Shown here: positions 1 through 14,130 of the stretch, piece by piece
Position numbering within the stretch: the stretch's first letter is position 1
Layout of the letters: every line of letters begins with the position of its first letter
Assembly (NCBI GenBank): GCA_951406725.2
Contig: OX597816.1
Coordinates: 129,270,001 to 129,334,000 of the forward strand
Reading direction: 5' to 3'
Length of the DNA stretch: 64,000 nt
Source of the DNA: Octopus vulgaris
Lineage: Eukaryota
Notes under the pieces: generated by a model
The model's input: only the letters and a program-made list of their open reading frames with translations
The model's database searches: none
Told to the model about the DNA's origin: nothing
Translations under genes and position numbers: made by a program

Positions 1-624
1 GCATTTATGTGCATATGTAGACTTTATATCTGTACATACATATGAATACATCCATGTATGCATGCAGGAACATATGTATGTATGAATAAATACGTTTAAA
101 CATGCATGCATATAAATGCATGAATGATGTCTCTGAATTCAACAGAAGCCTCAAACAGTATTCCATTCAAAATTCAGAGCAGATTTCTGTTAAAGATATG
201 GCAATCTAAGTAAAAGTGAAAGTTGGCAGTTAGCTAGCTATTCCTGACATTGATATACTCTCTGTGTTGTAGCAAACCAAGAATAATGAACTAATCATTG
301 AGAGATATATTTGAACTTGAGTTAAATGGAATTTCTACCAGTGAACAACAAGGAATCCTTTTCATCAAGGCCAATTCAAATTTGAAGCTGCTCCCTAACA
401 GAGTCTCTAAAAACCTGTATGAACAAAATTCCAGTTATTCTTGAGACCAATAAAGTAATTTAATAAGTTTGATAATTATGAATTTTCAAAATTAAAGATT
501 TGTTGTTTTGCTTTTTTTCTCATCCCATATCCACTCATACCAGTTCTGAAATAACTGCAATTCACTCCTGGTACTAAAACGTTTTCACATTCCTGCATCA
601 TAAAATCATCTGATCTTCCAGAAA

Positions 625-1070
625 TACAAGAGTTGGTTGAAAAGTTCAAAGGCTAACCAAGATATTCCTACAGAATATGACCAAATGTGGTTTATTATTC
701 AACATAGTCCCCCTTATAATCCACTCACTTCTTCCATCAGTGTTGCAGTGCTTGGATCCCATTGGTGAAGAAGCTTTCATCTTGAGAGTCAAAAAAAGTC
801 ATCAACAACAGATATGACATCATCATCACTGCAATACTAGTTCCCAGCCAAGTAGGGGTTCTTTTATGTTGGAGAACACATGATAGTCAGATGGGGCTAA
901 ATCAGGAGATTAGGGCAGGCGATCAGCCAGTTCAAAGCCACAGTCATGCAGAGCAACCATTGAAAGCAAGGACTTGTGTGCTGGAGCATTAAAACAAGAC
1001 CCCATTTGTCAGTTTTCCTGGGCATTCAATCTTGATAGCTTTTTGTAACTGCCTCAGTAGGTTGGTATAA
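625..1070 (-). mobile_element. mariner transposon 3' fragment (decayed transposase C-terminus plus one TIR-like end)
   Basis: Minus strand near 855-915 reads P*SPDLAPSDYHVFSNIKE (mariner YSPDLAP motif). The C-terminus resembles LQH.WKK..D..GDYVE*. A TA-flanked TIR-like end (tacaagagttggttgaaaagt) sits at 625. Confidence 0.8.
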
Positions 1071-1244
1071 TTCTTTATATGTACACACATGCACACATAC
1101 AACAGGCTTCTCTCAGTTTTCAGCAGTCAATTTTACTCACAAGGCTCTGGTCAGCCTGAGGCTATAGTAGAAGCCATTTGTCCAGTGTGCCACACACCGG
1201 GACTGAACTCAAAACACACATGATTGAGATATTCTTTTATTTAT

Positions 1245-1481
1245 TACAGTCATTTTGACTGCGGCCATGCTAGAGTACTGCTTTTTTGTCCAACAAATCA
1301 ACCCCAGGACTTATTTTTTGTAAGCCTAATACTTATTCTATTGATATTTTTTTGCCAGACCATTGAGTTACAGGGATGTAAACACACCAACATCGGTTAT
1401 CAAACGATGGTTGGCAGACAGACACAGACATACACACACACACACACACACACACTAACACACACACACACACACACACAC

Positions 1482-1517
<36 letters not shown>

Positions 1518-1666
1518 GATGGGCTTCTTCCAGCTTCCATCTACCAAATCCATTCACAAGGCTTTGTGAGACTATAGAAGACACTTGCCCAAGGTGCCAC
1601 ACAGTGCAATTGAACCCGGAACCATGTGGTTGGTAAGCAAGCTACTTACCACACAACCACTCCTGT
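1245..1666 (-). mobile_element. SINE, abundant family with an internal (CA/TG)n tract
   Basis: Homologous copies at ~4398-5192, 6305-6724, 20660-21030 (+), 28535-28780, 53650-54055, 54245-54500 and 59420-59825. Head reads ggagtggttgtgtggtaagtagcttgc...ccgggttcaattgc with Pol III A/B-box-like motifs. Confidence 0.85.
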
Positions 1667-4584
1667 GTACATTTCAATAATTATAACACTATTTTCCTTT
1701 ATTGGAAGGCAGCAATATTTGGCTGCATTATCAAGAATCAGAACTTCTATGCCCACATTTTTAGGACACATTGAATGAACATCAAGAGCTGGCAGAGTAT
1801 ATGACTTCAGCACATGATAAAGTGTGTAGTGAAGGCTAGGGGCTGTCTGAGACTGTTGATCCTTTGCAGTGTTTAAGTCATAGGACTGCAGCCATGTTGA
1901 GGCACCACTTCTAATGGGGTTCATCAGTCATATTTATCCCAGTACTTATATAACCGTAATATTTATTTTATCAGTTTCAATCTAATTAATTGAACCACTA
2001 AGTTACAAGTATTTTTTTTAAGTCTGATGTTTTTTTCCACAAGAAACATAAAACAGTGGCAAATGCATGCACACACACACACATGCATGCATGTACACAC
2101 GCAAACACACACACACACACACACACACTCACACACACACATGCAACCTTTATAAATTTCTGCTTCACACATTTTTTTTTAGAAATTATATCAAAAAAAA
2201 AACAGAAACAGAATACATGAAGTAAAACAAACATTTTCCAGTTCAATATTGAACAAAGAAGAAATTTTACTGTCAATTATTTCAAAAAGAAAAGAAAACC
2301 AAATTACATTCATTATACATTTTCTTGGAATGTCTTACAACAACATGAATGTCACTTGTTATGCATGTTACAATGGACTGTCTCCACTAACCTTTATTAG
2401 AAATCATGCTGGAACAGATTTTTCTATGGACTAATCAATGAAAGCATTGAACACAATTAGCTTTGTTTAATTATATTTAATAATGGTGATTAAATATAAT
2501 GAACACCTAAGAGCATAAGATAAGTTCCCAACAAGACAAGGGTAATCTCGTCAAGTTTGGTCTAGTCTTGTCAACAACATAGTTTCAATTCTCAGCTGGA
2601 ATTTACTTAACTTCACTTGCACCATAAATGCTCCTCTAAATTTATACAATTTCCTGTTTCCCTCTCCCTTCAAAACTTGAGAGTTTCCTAATTAATAAAA
2701 TGAATAAAACTAGTGCTACTGGTGATTAGTTAGATAAGGGTGGGTGTTTAACCATTTCATAACTATATTTCTAATGAAATGCACTGCCTGTTCTTTCATC
2801 TAATTTTGAAAGTAATTGAGAATTTTGTTGCCTTTACTAAGATAACTATCTTTTACATTTATTCCTGTCAAGTCAGTGTGTTAGAACATTATACAACAAA
2901 GCAATTTTGCATAAAATTATGAAGAAAGGTTTTAATTTAAATATGAATGCATACTTTCAAACAGGCAGTTTTGTATCCTAGAAGCAAAGGCAGTCTCAGG
3001 TGGATTGATATCAAAAAGGTCACTAATAAACAAACATACTTTAGCTTTTTTTTCTGTACTCAAAGAGGAGGTGAGAATGAATTGAAAATTATTTTCAAAG
3101 TGTTGTATTTTAAGTCAGCTGAATGAGTGAAGTAGTAGAACATAAAACAGAATGCCTTGTAGTATTGATTATGTTTCTTTATGTTCTAGTTTTAAAATCC
3201 TGCTGGGGCCAACTTTGCTCTTTATTTCTCCAGGTTAAAAGAAACAAAATACCAAACGAACACAAGGGTTGACTCAATCAATTATACCTCTCCTCCATAC
3301 AATGTTTTACCTTAGATCAATATGAGAATTCAGTACTTAGTTTCAACTTTCCATGTTGTCATAGTCAAGACTACACTCAAAAGTTCATCTTGCTCTTCAG
3401 AACCAAAATATACTTTATATTTAAACAGTTGCTGTTCCTTTTAAGTCCTCTCTCTGTTTTCTTTACTATTTCTACAATAGCTCCTGCTTCTCTACTCTGC
3501 TAAAGACCATTTAATGCACCTTCCCCTCCTATTCATGTCACCTTTCCTGTGTTTCACCTATGGAGTCTAAATTAAACACTTTCAAAATTCCTTCTCACCC
3601 AGAACAGTCACTCGCTGAAATGCTTTTTTCGTATTGCCTACATTATCCAAAAAAACATTTTAGTGTAAAAGTTCAAGCTAAAATCAACTTCACTAGTCTA
3701 GGAGACCCTGGAAAGTTTATAGATATGGTACTTCCTCCTCATCTTCATCATCATTCTCATACTTCTCATACAAACTAATAATTTCTGATATAGGTATAAA
3801 GCTACATATTTCGGTGAGAGGATATAATCAATAAAAATTAATCTGAGTACTTCATTGGTACTTATTTTATTGACACTAGACAGCTGAAGGATAGTCTACT
3901 GCAGCAGGTCTTGAACTTCAATTTAAAAATAACTATAAGGTATTTTATTCATTACCTTAATGTTTTGGCCATCCATTATACATTTTTTCATGTTATCCAC
4001 CACTTTTCTCAAAGCAAGTAATGCAATATTTGCTGCTGAAGTTGACTTCACTGTTCATCTCTCTGGAATTGGTAAAATAAATAAGGAGTTGCAATTATAG
4101 CGTTGAATCAATATAAGAAATTTATAGCCTTGAATCAATATCAGAAACCATTATTATTTCATTAATTATTTTATTTCAGGTTGCAAACTGGCAGAATCAT
4201 TTGCACATCAAACAAAATGTTTAGTGGCATTTCTTCCAGTTTTTCACATTTCGAGTTCAAATTCCACCAAAGCCGACTTCGTCGTCTATCTTTTTAGGGT
4301 CAACAAAATAAGTACCAGTTTAACACTGAGCTCATTGAAAATGAGTAGCCCCTATCAACTGAAACTTCAGGTTTTATGCCTATGTCTTATATTTTTATCC
4401 TGTTTCAATCATCTGACTGAGACCATGCTGAGGCACTGCCTTGGGGGGTTTTAGTCAACCAAATCTACCCTAGGACTTATTCTTTAAAACTTAATACTTA
4501 TTTTATCAATCTCTTTTGCTGAACCACTAAGTTACAGGGATGTAAACACACCAACACCAGTTGTCAAGTGGTGATAAGGGACAA

Positions 4585-4965
4585 TTGGTTGGCACTCCAT
4601 CAGTTATGACGACAAGGGTTCCAGTTGATCTGATCAACAGAACAGCCTGCTCATGAAATTAATGTGCAAGTGGCTGAGCACTCCACAGACACATGTACCC
4701 TTAACATAGTTCTCGGGGAGATTCAGCGTGACACAGAGTGTGACAAGGCTGGCCCTTTGAAATACAGGTACAAGAGAAACAGGAAGAAAGAGTGAGAGAA
4801 AGTTGTGGTGAAAGAGTACAGCAGGGTTCGCCACCATCCCCTGCCAGAGCCTCATGAAACTTTAGGTGTTTTCACTCAATAAACACTCACAACGCCTGGT
4901 CTGGGAATTGAAACCATGATCCTACAACCGTGAGTCCACTGCCCTAACCACTGGGCCATTGCGCA
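4585..4965 (-). mobile_element. tRNA-derived SINE nested inside another SINE
   Basis: Minus-strand head gcgcaatggcccagtggttagggcagtggactc...gtttcaattcccagacc matches the copies at 38300 and 48013. It interrupts the host SINE at 4398-5192. Confidence 0.8.
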
Positions 4966-5006
4966 ACCACAGTGAGGGACAAACACAGACAGAAACACAC
5001 ACACAC

Positions 5007-5037
<31 letters not shown>

Positions 5038-6304
5038 TAATATATACAGTGGGCTTCTTTTAATTTCTATCTATCAAATTCACTCAAAAGGTTTTGGTTA
5101 GCCCAAGGCTATAGTAGAAAGTGCACACAGTGAGACTGAACCTGGATCCATGTAATTGGGAAGAAAGCTTCTTACCACACAGCCATGCCTGCACTATAGC
5201 AGAAAAAATTATTGTTTTATTTTATTATTAATATATTAAGCTACTAGCTTAATGGCTAGTGCCATCAAAAATGATGGCTAATTGTAGCATTTTATATATA
5301 AATAAGGTACAAAACCAAGTTTTTAGTTTAATTATTCTTTTATTACCAAATTATTTATGAAAAATCTCTCTGCAACTAACATCCCTTGACTGCTTGTTTC
5401 CTTCAAAAGAATTTTAAAGTTTGGCTTCTTTCTTGTATGAATTAAGGCCACATAAAGTTGGCCATAACTAAATAGGGGATAGAACATGGATAGTAAATCA
5501 AATTAATACACTTGTCATTGTTATCTAGTGGTTGTCTTTTGAGATGTGTCATTGATCATCGTTTGTTACTGAAAGAACGCAGATTCACACATACAAACAT
5601 TCACATCCTTCCCTTGTACATGTACACACATACACACATATAATCACACAGAATTGAAACGCAGTTTGATTTTTCTTTTCACTGTTGAATGTTCACCATC
5701 CCACTTCCATTGCACACACACACACACACACACAAACATTCATATACCTCCCTTTTACATACACACACCTATACTCACACAGAGTTGAAATGCTGTTTGA
5801 TTTTTTTTCACTGTAGAATTTCCATCATCCTACTACCAATTTGCCATCACCCTTTCCTTATTCATCTATCACCCCTCTCTTTCTCATTCGTATGTTGTGA
5901 TGGTGAAAAATACATAAGTATTATTATAGTAAATGACTATAGAATACTGATAGAAAATATTTTCAAACAATCGACCTCTTAAGGTTTTTGAGTCAAGTAG
6001 TACTGACTGCCTGGGCAACCTCTACACTTAGATTTTTCCCTCAGATTCACTGACTTTGCCTTTTCTGTAATCTGGAGAGACCTGAGTAAGAGAAATACTT
6101 TGATAAAACAAAACATTTCAAACAATTTAGTCTCTGTTCATAATCGGGTACCATCGTATATGTTCTTCAGTTGGAATTGAACTCACTAATCATTATTCCA
6201 CACAGGTTACCTGTGAATAAAAAATATTTGGAAGTTCTGCATTAAATATAAGCTTTGTAAGTTTAATTCCAGCTGAAGCACATGTAGATCTTTTATTTTT
6301 TCCC

Positions 6305-6724
6305 TCTTACTTGCTTCAGTCGTGAGACTGTGACCATGCTGGGGCATCACCTTGAAGAATTTCTTAGTCAAATGAATTGACAACAGTACTTTATTTTTTT
6401 TTTTTAAGCCTGGTACTAATTTTATTGGTCTCTTTTGCTGAACTGCTAAGTTACATGGACGTAAACACACCAACACCAGTTGTCAAGCAGTAGTGGGGGA
6501 CAAACACACACACACACACACACAAACACACGCACACACAAACACATAAATATACACATACGATGGGATTCTTTCAGTTTCTGTCTACCAAATCCACTCA
6601 CAAGGCCTTTGTTGGCCTGAGACTATAGAAGAAGACACTCACCCAAGGTGCCGCACATTGAGACCGAACCTGGAACCACATGGTTGGGAAGCAAACTTCT
6701 TACTATGCAGCCATACCTGCACCT
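6305..6724 (-). mobile_element. SINE, same family as 1245-1666
   Basis: Colinear similarity to the other copies, including the internal CA tract. Confidence 0.85.
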
Positions 6725-7154
6725 AGATATCCATGACATAGCACTTCTTGGAATGTCTCGCAACAACATGAATGTCACTTGCTGTACATGTGACAATGAC
6801 TAACCTTTATTAGAAATCATGCTCAATGATAATAGAGATTAAAACTATCTGCAACTTGTTTTACAAAAAGAACTAAAGAAATATCCATCAGATGTCATAA
6901 TAATCCTTCTCAAAACATTTTGGCATTTAAATACTAGAAATTTAGAATTTCTGTGATTTGTTGAATTCTAGATGTTCTACAATGAAAACAGCAAAGAAAT
7001 AATGCAGTTGCTCAGAAATCACAAATCTCACAACAATATCAGAGTCTACTGCATTGTACTGAGTATTACAAAGTAACATTTGAATATCTTGTTGGCATTC
7101 TTTTGTCTTGGGAGACAATAGAGTTGCACATAAACTAATCCAGTCTGGTTTTTA

Positions 7155-7451
7155 CATTTCATGTCCTCTCCAGTTTCCTCTCCAGTTTTGCGCAGGCCTG
7201 GGCTAGATGTAAGAAAGTCCTGGGTAGCCCAATCATCAGGATTCCTTTCTCGACCTTGCTGACGTAGTCCAAAGGAGTGCAGAGCATTATGTTTGGCACC
7301 TGCTTGGTCGCAGAAGCTGCTGGAAGAGTGTCAAGTCGAACACTAAACTGCCTGTAGGGCTCCACTCTGGATTTCTTTGAAGGTTGTCTCCTTTCTGTAA
7401 CCCTGGATAGGGGCCCATACCAGATACTATCAGCCGGACCCAGCTGAGCCT
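7155..7451 (-). mobile_element. GC-rich retroelement fragment, probably RTE-type LINE 5' region
   Basis: Abrupt GC-rich island. Minus-strand motifs (aatccagagtggagcccta, gcaggtgccaaac, cctttggactacgtcagc, gcccaggcctgcgc) resemble RTE-type leader regions from memory; not verified. Confidence 0.4.
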
Positions 7452-7540
7452 GGTACTTTTATATAAGCTTAAAGCTTATGGCGATCCCAATGCTTTGACT
7501 AAGGTGATTGCCATAAGCTTTAAACTTATATAAAAATACC
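7452..7540. repeat. 35-bp-arm inverted repeat (hairpin)
   Basis: ggtacttttatataagcttaaagcttatggcgatc pairs with gattgccataagctttaaacttatataaaaatacc; 3 mismatches, ~19-nt loop. Confidence 0.9.
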
Positions 7541-7653
7541 ATTATTAATATGTATATAGAGAGAGAATTCACAAAAAAAAAACAAAAGATGAAGACAGGT
7601 GGTGTAGACAACAAATAGATGTATTAGTATAATGCTCGGAAAAGTGAAAAAGT

Positions 7654-7689
7654 CTTTAACATTTCAAGCCTACGCTCTTCCACAGAAAG
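7654..7689 (-). ncRNA. decayed minimal type I hammerhead motif (Penelope pLTR-type repeat)
   Basis: Minus strand: CTTT-CTGTGGA-A-GAGCgtagGCTT-GAAA-TGT-T-AAAG. Stem I is CTTT/AAAG. Same repeat family at 22866, 50593 and 52456. Confidence 0.55.
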
Positions 7690-10129
7690 GAACACAGAAA
7701 GAAACAAGGGGAGAAAATAAAGAATGTGTAGTGGCTAGCGATCTATCATGGCAAAGTTACATATATCTTTTACTTGCCAGATCTTCTCAATCATGGCATA
7801 TCTCCAAAGGTCTGTCTCTTGTCGCCTCTGTGAGACCCAATACATGGTGTTTTGAGTTTTAATAGTGTCAGAGAGGGATCAGGTTTAGTCCATTTAATTA
7901 TGCTTGATATGTTATATATCATGATGGCATTCCTATGAGCATATCAGGAGCTGTGGGGAGTTCACTTATGGACTCTTATAGATGGACTCCTATTAGATTT
8001 AAAGTTTTCTTTAGCAAGGCACTTAAGTTTACTTGCATTTTTATCAAGAAAATAGATGAATTTTTATTTGGGTATTTAATCTACAACTGATTTTACCCAT
8101 CCTATCTAGAGAGGCAGGGTTAGCATGTTCATTTAATTTATCAGTAACTAGAAATAAGTACAGGACCTTAATGTCATTAGGTATCATCAAAATAGTTCAC
8201 TTTATAACACTTTAGTTTGCTTGAAAGAGCAGCCAAATTTTTCTCAGATTTCTTCCACTTAACAAAGAGAAGAACACCAAAGAAGTAATGTGATCTAGTA
8301 TAAACTACATTTGCAAAAGAAAAAAATGAATAAATTAAGGCAGTATAGTCTAATCCTAAATATAATTTTGATTGTTGATCTGCTTGATCAGTACTTATCA
8401 GGGGCTAAACAACAACAACACCTTGGTAACAATAACACTTCATAATCATCATCATCTTGGACTCCAGGAGAATGTAATGAGATAGCTGCTCATGATCCCG
8501 AAAAAGGAGTTCTAAGAATGCTTCCACTTATGGAAATGCTGCTGAATAAAGTGTGGGGCTTCAGAAGGGCACCACTTCGAAGAAGAGTAAATGCCAGCTT
8601 GACACATGTAGTTTCTTTTTATAGCACTAGTCCTAATACTTTTTGATCAGACATACTCATGCCAGCATGGAAGGTGGCTGTAAATGATGATGATAATGAT
8701 GATATACACACACACACACTCACATATACATACATATATGTGTTACCTAACTTACCATAACTAAATACCTAACTTTTTAAATGATTGACTTTCTACTTCA
8801 CCACGGGGCTTCTTTGATCAACATCTTCTTTCATTCCAAGCTACAATCAGCTAACAACCTTTTCCCCCAGCACTCTTCATCCATTAACATTACATGTGCA
8901 GTGCAGTGCAGCCATTTATCTTACACAAACTGACCAAGGCTTCTAATAGCCTTGGATTTATTTCTCCCAGAAGCAAAGTATTATTCAGATGAATGAGAAT
9001 TTAGCGATGAAAAGCCATTTCTGAAAAATAATACATGAATGTCTCAACAGTAAATGATGACATTGATAATAATTGTCTCAAAGAATCAAAACCATGGTTT
9101 ATTGTTAGAGTCTGTTGACAGAGATACTGTAGCTAATGTTGATAAATGTCTATAGCATTATAATACTGGAGAAGTGTATACGAGAAAATCATGGCATGGT
9201 CTTTTAGTTACAAAACAATTAAATTACATTAAAACATACAATTGGGAAATCTTCATGAGAAGTTCAAAATTCTTCACTGATCAACTTTCTTAAGACTCAA
9301 ACTTCAAATTAACAAAGTGTCTCATTTTAACAAAGATTTTGGCTGAAATAGTTTACCATTTAAAAGTTAAAATATAGTTTTGTATAGTCTGGTTATTTAG
9401 ATAAAGGCTGGAGAGAGTGTGGAATAAGTTAATCTATGTTCAGAATGAATTAATGAGAGACAATAGTGAGGGATGACATCCACAAAAAGAAAATAATCAA
9501 GTTAGTGTTTCCATATTTAATGTAGTGAGTATTAAAGTTCTGAGGAGGTCTAATAAGAGGAAAACATGTTGAGTTGTTTCTCATGCTTGCCAAAATAATT
9601 AGAATTGTATTGTCTATAAAGTACAGCTCATATATTCCTCACAGACAATGAAGCCCCGATAAGCTGTGAGAAAAACTGAACTATGAAAAAAATTAAATGT
9701 AATGTGGAAAAGAAACAACTGTTAGTATGGGCATGTAATGTCTATGGATGGTGGCATTTGAGTGGAGAAGTGCTGTGAGATGATTGTGGATAGAAACTGT
9801 GGAAGAGGTAAACATGGGCAAGTGTCACATAAAAGGCACTTATGTACTTGTGCCAGTGCCACATGAAAGTGCTCATGCCGATGCCATGTTAAAAACACCC
9901 AGCACACATTGTAAAGTGGTTGGCATTAGGAATAGGTATGTTGGCATAAACATACAGATCCTTGATTACTAAAGTACATTCTAAATTCCAAAACTTGGCT
10001 TTTATTCAGAAATGGTTAGTCACATCTTATTCTGTTTCAAAGTAAACACTTAAATAATGATTTGTTTTGATTAGGTATCTTTTAAGAAAAAGCAAGTATA
10101 GTGGATTAAATTGATTCACAACATGTTAA

Positions 10130-10581
10130 CCCATTAAAGGCCATAATTCAACTATGGATATTATTGATAATTTCTTTTACAATTTCTTAGCTCCTAAGAT
10201 TATATTTTTCCTGTTATATTGCTTATTTTTAATTGTAAACCTGGGGAATACTTTAGCTTTTTAGCATTCAAACCAGCCATATTCAGCTGAATTATTCTAC
10301 ATGTTTTATGTTAAAACCAGCCAGATCCAGCCTCTCACATCTACCCTACAATGTCCTTTAAAAAAAAACAATCACATCATCAAATTCCCAAAGCTATAAG
10401 ATAGCGTATGGTCAATTCAAAACAATGTGAATAAATAAGCATTACATTTGACAGAATACTCTGAATGCTAAAGGGCTAAATATGAAGTATGTAAAAAAAA
10501 AAACATGAAAAATCTTTATAATAGTGTTTATATTAAATTTAAAATATCTGTCCGAAAAACGAGATATTGGCCCTTAATGGG
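10130..10581. mobile_element. piggyBac-type non-autonomous element (TTAA TSD) with a second TTAA-type MITE nested at ~10252-10480
   Basis: TTAA|cccattaaaggcca ... tggcccttaatggg|TTAA. The inner element has tttagcattca / tgaatgctaaaggg ends. Confidence 0.75.
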
Positions 10582-10955
10582 TTAATGCTGTTTATTTTAT
10601 TGACCCTCAGAATCAGGGCCACTATGAGGAAATTATTCTGAAAGTACAAAGCTTTTTAAATCCCCACCTTCTAAAATGATGAGTTCCCATACAATGGGAC
10701 ATTTGGTCTTTAATGGGTTAATGCTATGTATTTTATTGACCCTCAGAATCAGGGTCACTGAGAGGAATATTTTTCATTGGGTACAAATTTTTTTCAATCT
10801 CCACCTCCTAAAATGATGCATTTCCATACAATGGAACATTGGCCTCCAATGGGTTAATGCTATTTATTCTATTGACCCTCAGAATCAGGAGGAATTTTTT
10901 CAAAGAATATAAAGCATTTTCAATACCCATCTCCTAAAATAATGAGCCTTCATAG
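10566..10955 (+). repeat. three ~120-135-bp tandem copies of the piggyBac right end plus flank
   Basis: aatgggttaatgct...tattgaccctcagaatcagg...ccacct.ctaaaatgatg recurs at ~10576, ~10712 and ~10848. Confidence 0.9.
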
Positions 10956-11304
10956 AATTACTGTCTTGGAACCTCCATGCAACTGCTTGAACTGCTATAA
11001 AGAGCAGCAAAATTGCCTCAAAATGCATGCTATTATCTTAAATAAAGAACAGCTCATTGAAAAATATAGTTCCTGGTATTAAAAACAGAGGCAGTATGGT
11101 CATGGCTGAAAAGCTTTTTAATCACAGGTCTGTTATATCAATGATTAGTAGTAGGCAACATTAAACAACGTTAAACAACAAAAAAATTTGGTCAGCTTGG
11201 GGAAATGATAGAGGACATTTGCCCAACATGTCATGCAGTGGGATCAAGCCAGGATTCACACGTTTGTGAAGCAAACTTCTCCAGCATACACACAACACAC
11301 ACAC

Positions 11305-11478
11305 AAATACATACATACATACATACATGCATACATGCATGCATACATACATACATACATACATACATACATACATACATACATGCATGCATGCATACAT
11401 ACATACATACATACATACATACATACATACATACATACATACATACATGCATACATACATACATACATACATACATAC
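11305..11478. repeat. (ATAC)n microsatellite
   Basis: Direct reading. Confidence 0.97.
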
Positions 11479-11921
11479 ACACAGCCACCATGTCTGTATA
11501 ATATACTATACATGAATAAAGAGTGTATTTCTATTTGCTTACTGTTGAATAAATATAGGTTATAATGCCCTCAATACAGTTTCATTTTGAGATCTCTGCT
11601 CACGGCCAATGTACATAGTGGGAGGTGATGTAGTTATACGTGAATGTGATCTGTACAGAGAAACATCAAAGGGAAGCGCAGATTTGTGCCATCTGCGTAG
11701 GAGGGCATGCAGTATATGTGATAGATTTAATTCATAGGTGGGAAAAGAGTATATTTAAATAATATGATTGTTGTAGTACAGAATAGGCACTTTTGATTTG
11801 CTTTTATGTGTGTGTTTACAACCATAACCTTTTGTTTTGAAGCTAACTGTTCATTACTAATATTGTACAAACATACACACATACACAAACACACGCACAC
11901 ACACACACACATGCACGCACG

Positions 11922-11964
<43 letters not shown>

Positions 11965-12286
11965 AACGCTAATTTAGTACACCTTTCTGCAAGAGTGATT
12001 AAAAGCCTCAAAAGTAAAGCCAAGCATGCATGCATGTCTCTCTATGTGTGTGTGCATATGTGTGTGTGTGCATGCATGTGTGCAAGCACATTTAAGTGTG
12101 GTTATTTGTTGGTGCACATATATATTAATATATACATTAGTGAGTATGTGTTCTTATATTGACACACACTCACACATACACACATACACACATATACGTG
12201 TGTATGTTTATATATGCTTGTGTATAAATGTATATCTGTATCAATATATACTAATACAGGTGAGTATGCATGCGCATATGTATAAT

Positions 12287-13190
<904 letters not shown>

Positions 13191-13835
13191 AACATACCCA
13201 TAGATGCATAAAAATATATTATCTATACCATTTCTATTTTACATAAGAAACTGCCAACATGATTTAGAAAAATAACAATTTTAATTAATCCATAAAAACA
13301 ATTCAAAGATTGTTTCAGTTCAATGCACATGAATATGAGAAATGCTTGTTGAGGTGAGGTGAAGGATTGCTGGTTCAATTTTAATGCTTCCACCCTCAGT
13401 TTACTTTGATCTGCAGCTAATAATTCAGAAGCTTCCTTCAGATATTGGTAATCCCCCCATAAACAAGATGAGGTGAGCTCAGTTGTTGTTTAGGAGTGAA
13501 TTATTTAATTTAGCTCAAAACTGTCAGTTCCAAACCAACGAAATTAATTTGCTATGTCATAATCATTTTATTTGAGCATATGATCTCTGCTTTTAATTCT
13601 CTTTTTCTCCCTTTCTTTTTCTTCTTCTTGGGACTTGATGTGTGTGATCAGCACTTTACATGATTTTATATATATATAAATAAATATATGTAGAAGTATA
13701 TACAGATACACATACGCACACGGTACATATTTATTATATCATATTAGATTATATTATATTAATATTTTTATTGCTGTTGCTGTTCTGCTGGTTTTTATGT
13801 TGCTATTGTTTTTGTTGTTGTTATGGTTATTTTAT

Positions 13836-13873
<38 letters not shown>

Positions 13874-14087
13874 TTATTATTATTATTATTATTATTATTA
13901 AGGTGACTAGCTCACAGAATTGCTAGCATACTGGACAAAATACTTAGTAGCACTTTGTCCATCTTTATGTTCCAAGTTCAAATTCTGCTGAGGTCTACTT
14001 TGCCTTTCATCCGTTTGAAGTCAATGAAATAAGCACCAGCTGGGACCAATCAAATATTTTTAAAAGATATCATCATTATGATCAACC

Positions 14088-14130
<43 letters not shown>

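Noticed and set aside
8461-8625. Open frame TPGECNEIAAHDPEKG...
   Set aside because: No splice or start context, and it overlaps decayed RTE-tail-like sequence (gaagggca, catgccagcatgg).
10566-10955. CRISPR-like repeat/spacer appearance
   Set aside because: Entire units are homologous (no unique spacers), the context is eukaryotic, and there are no cas genes.
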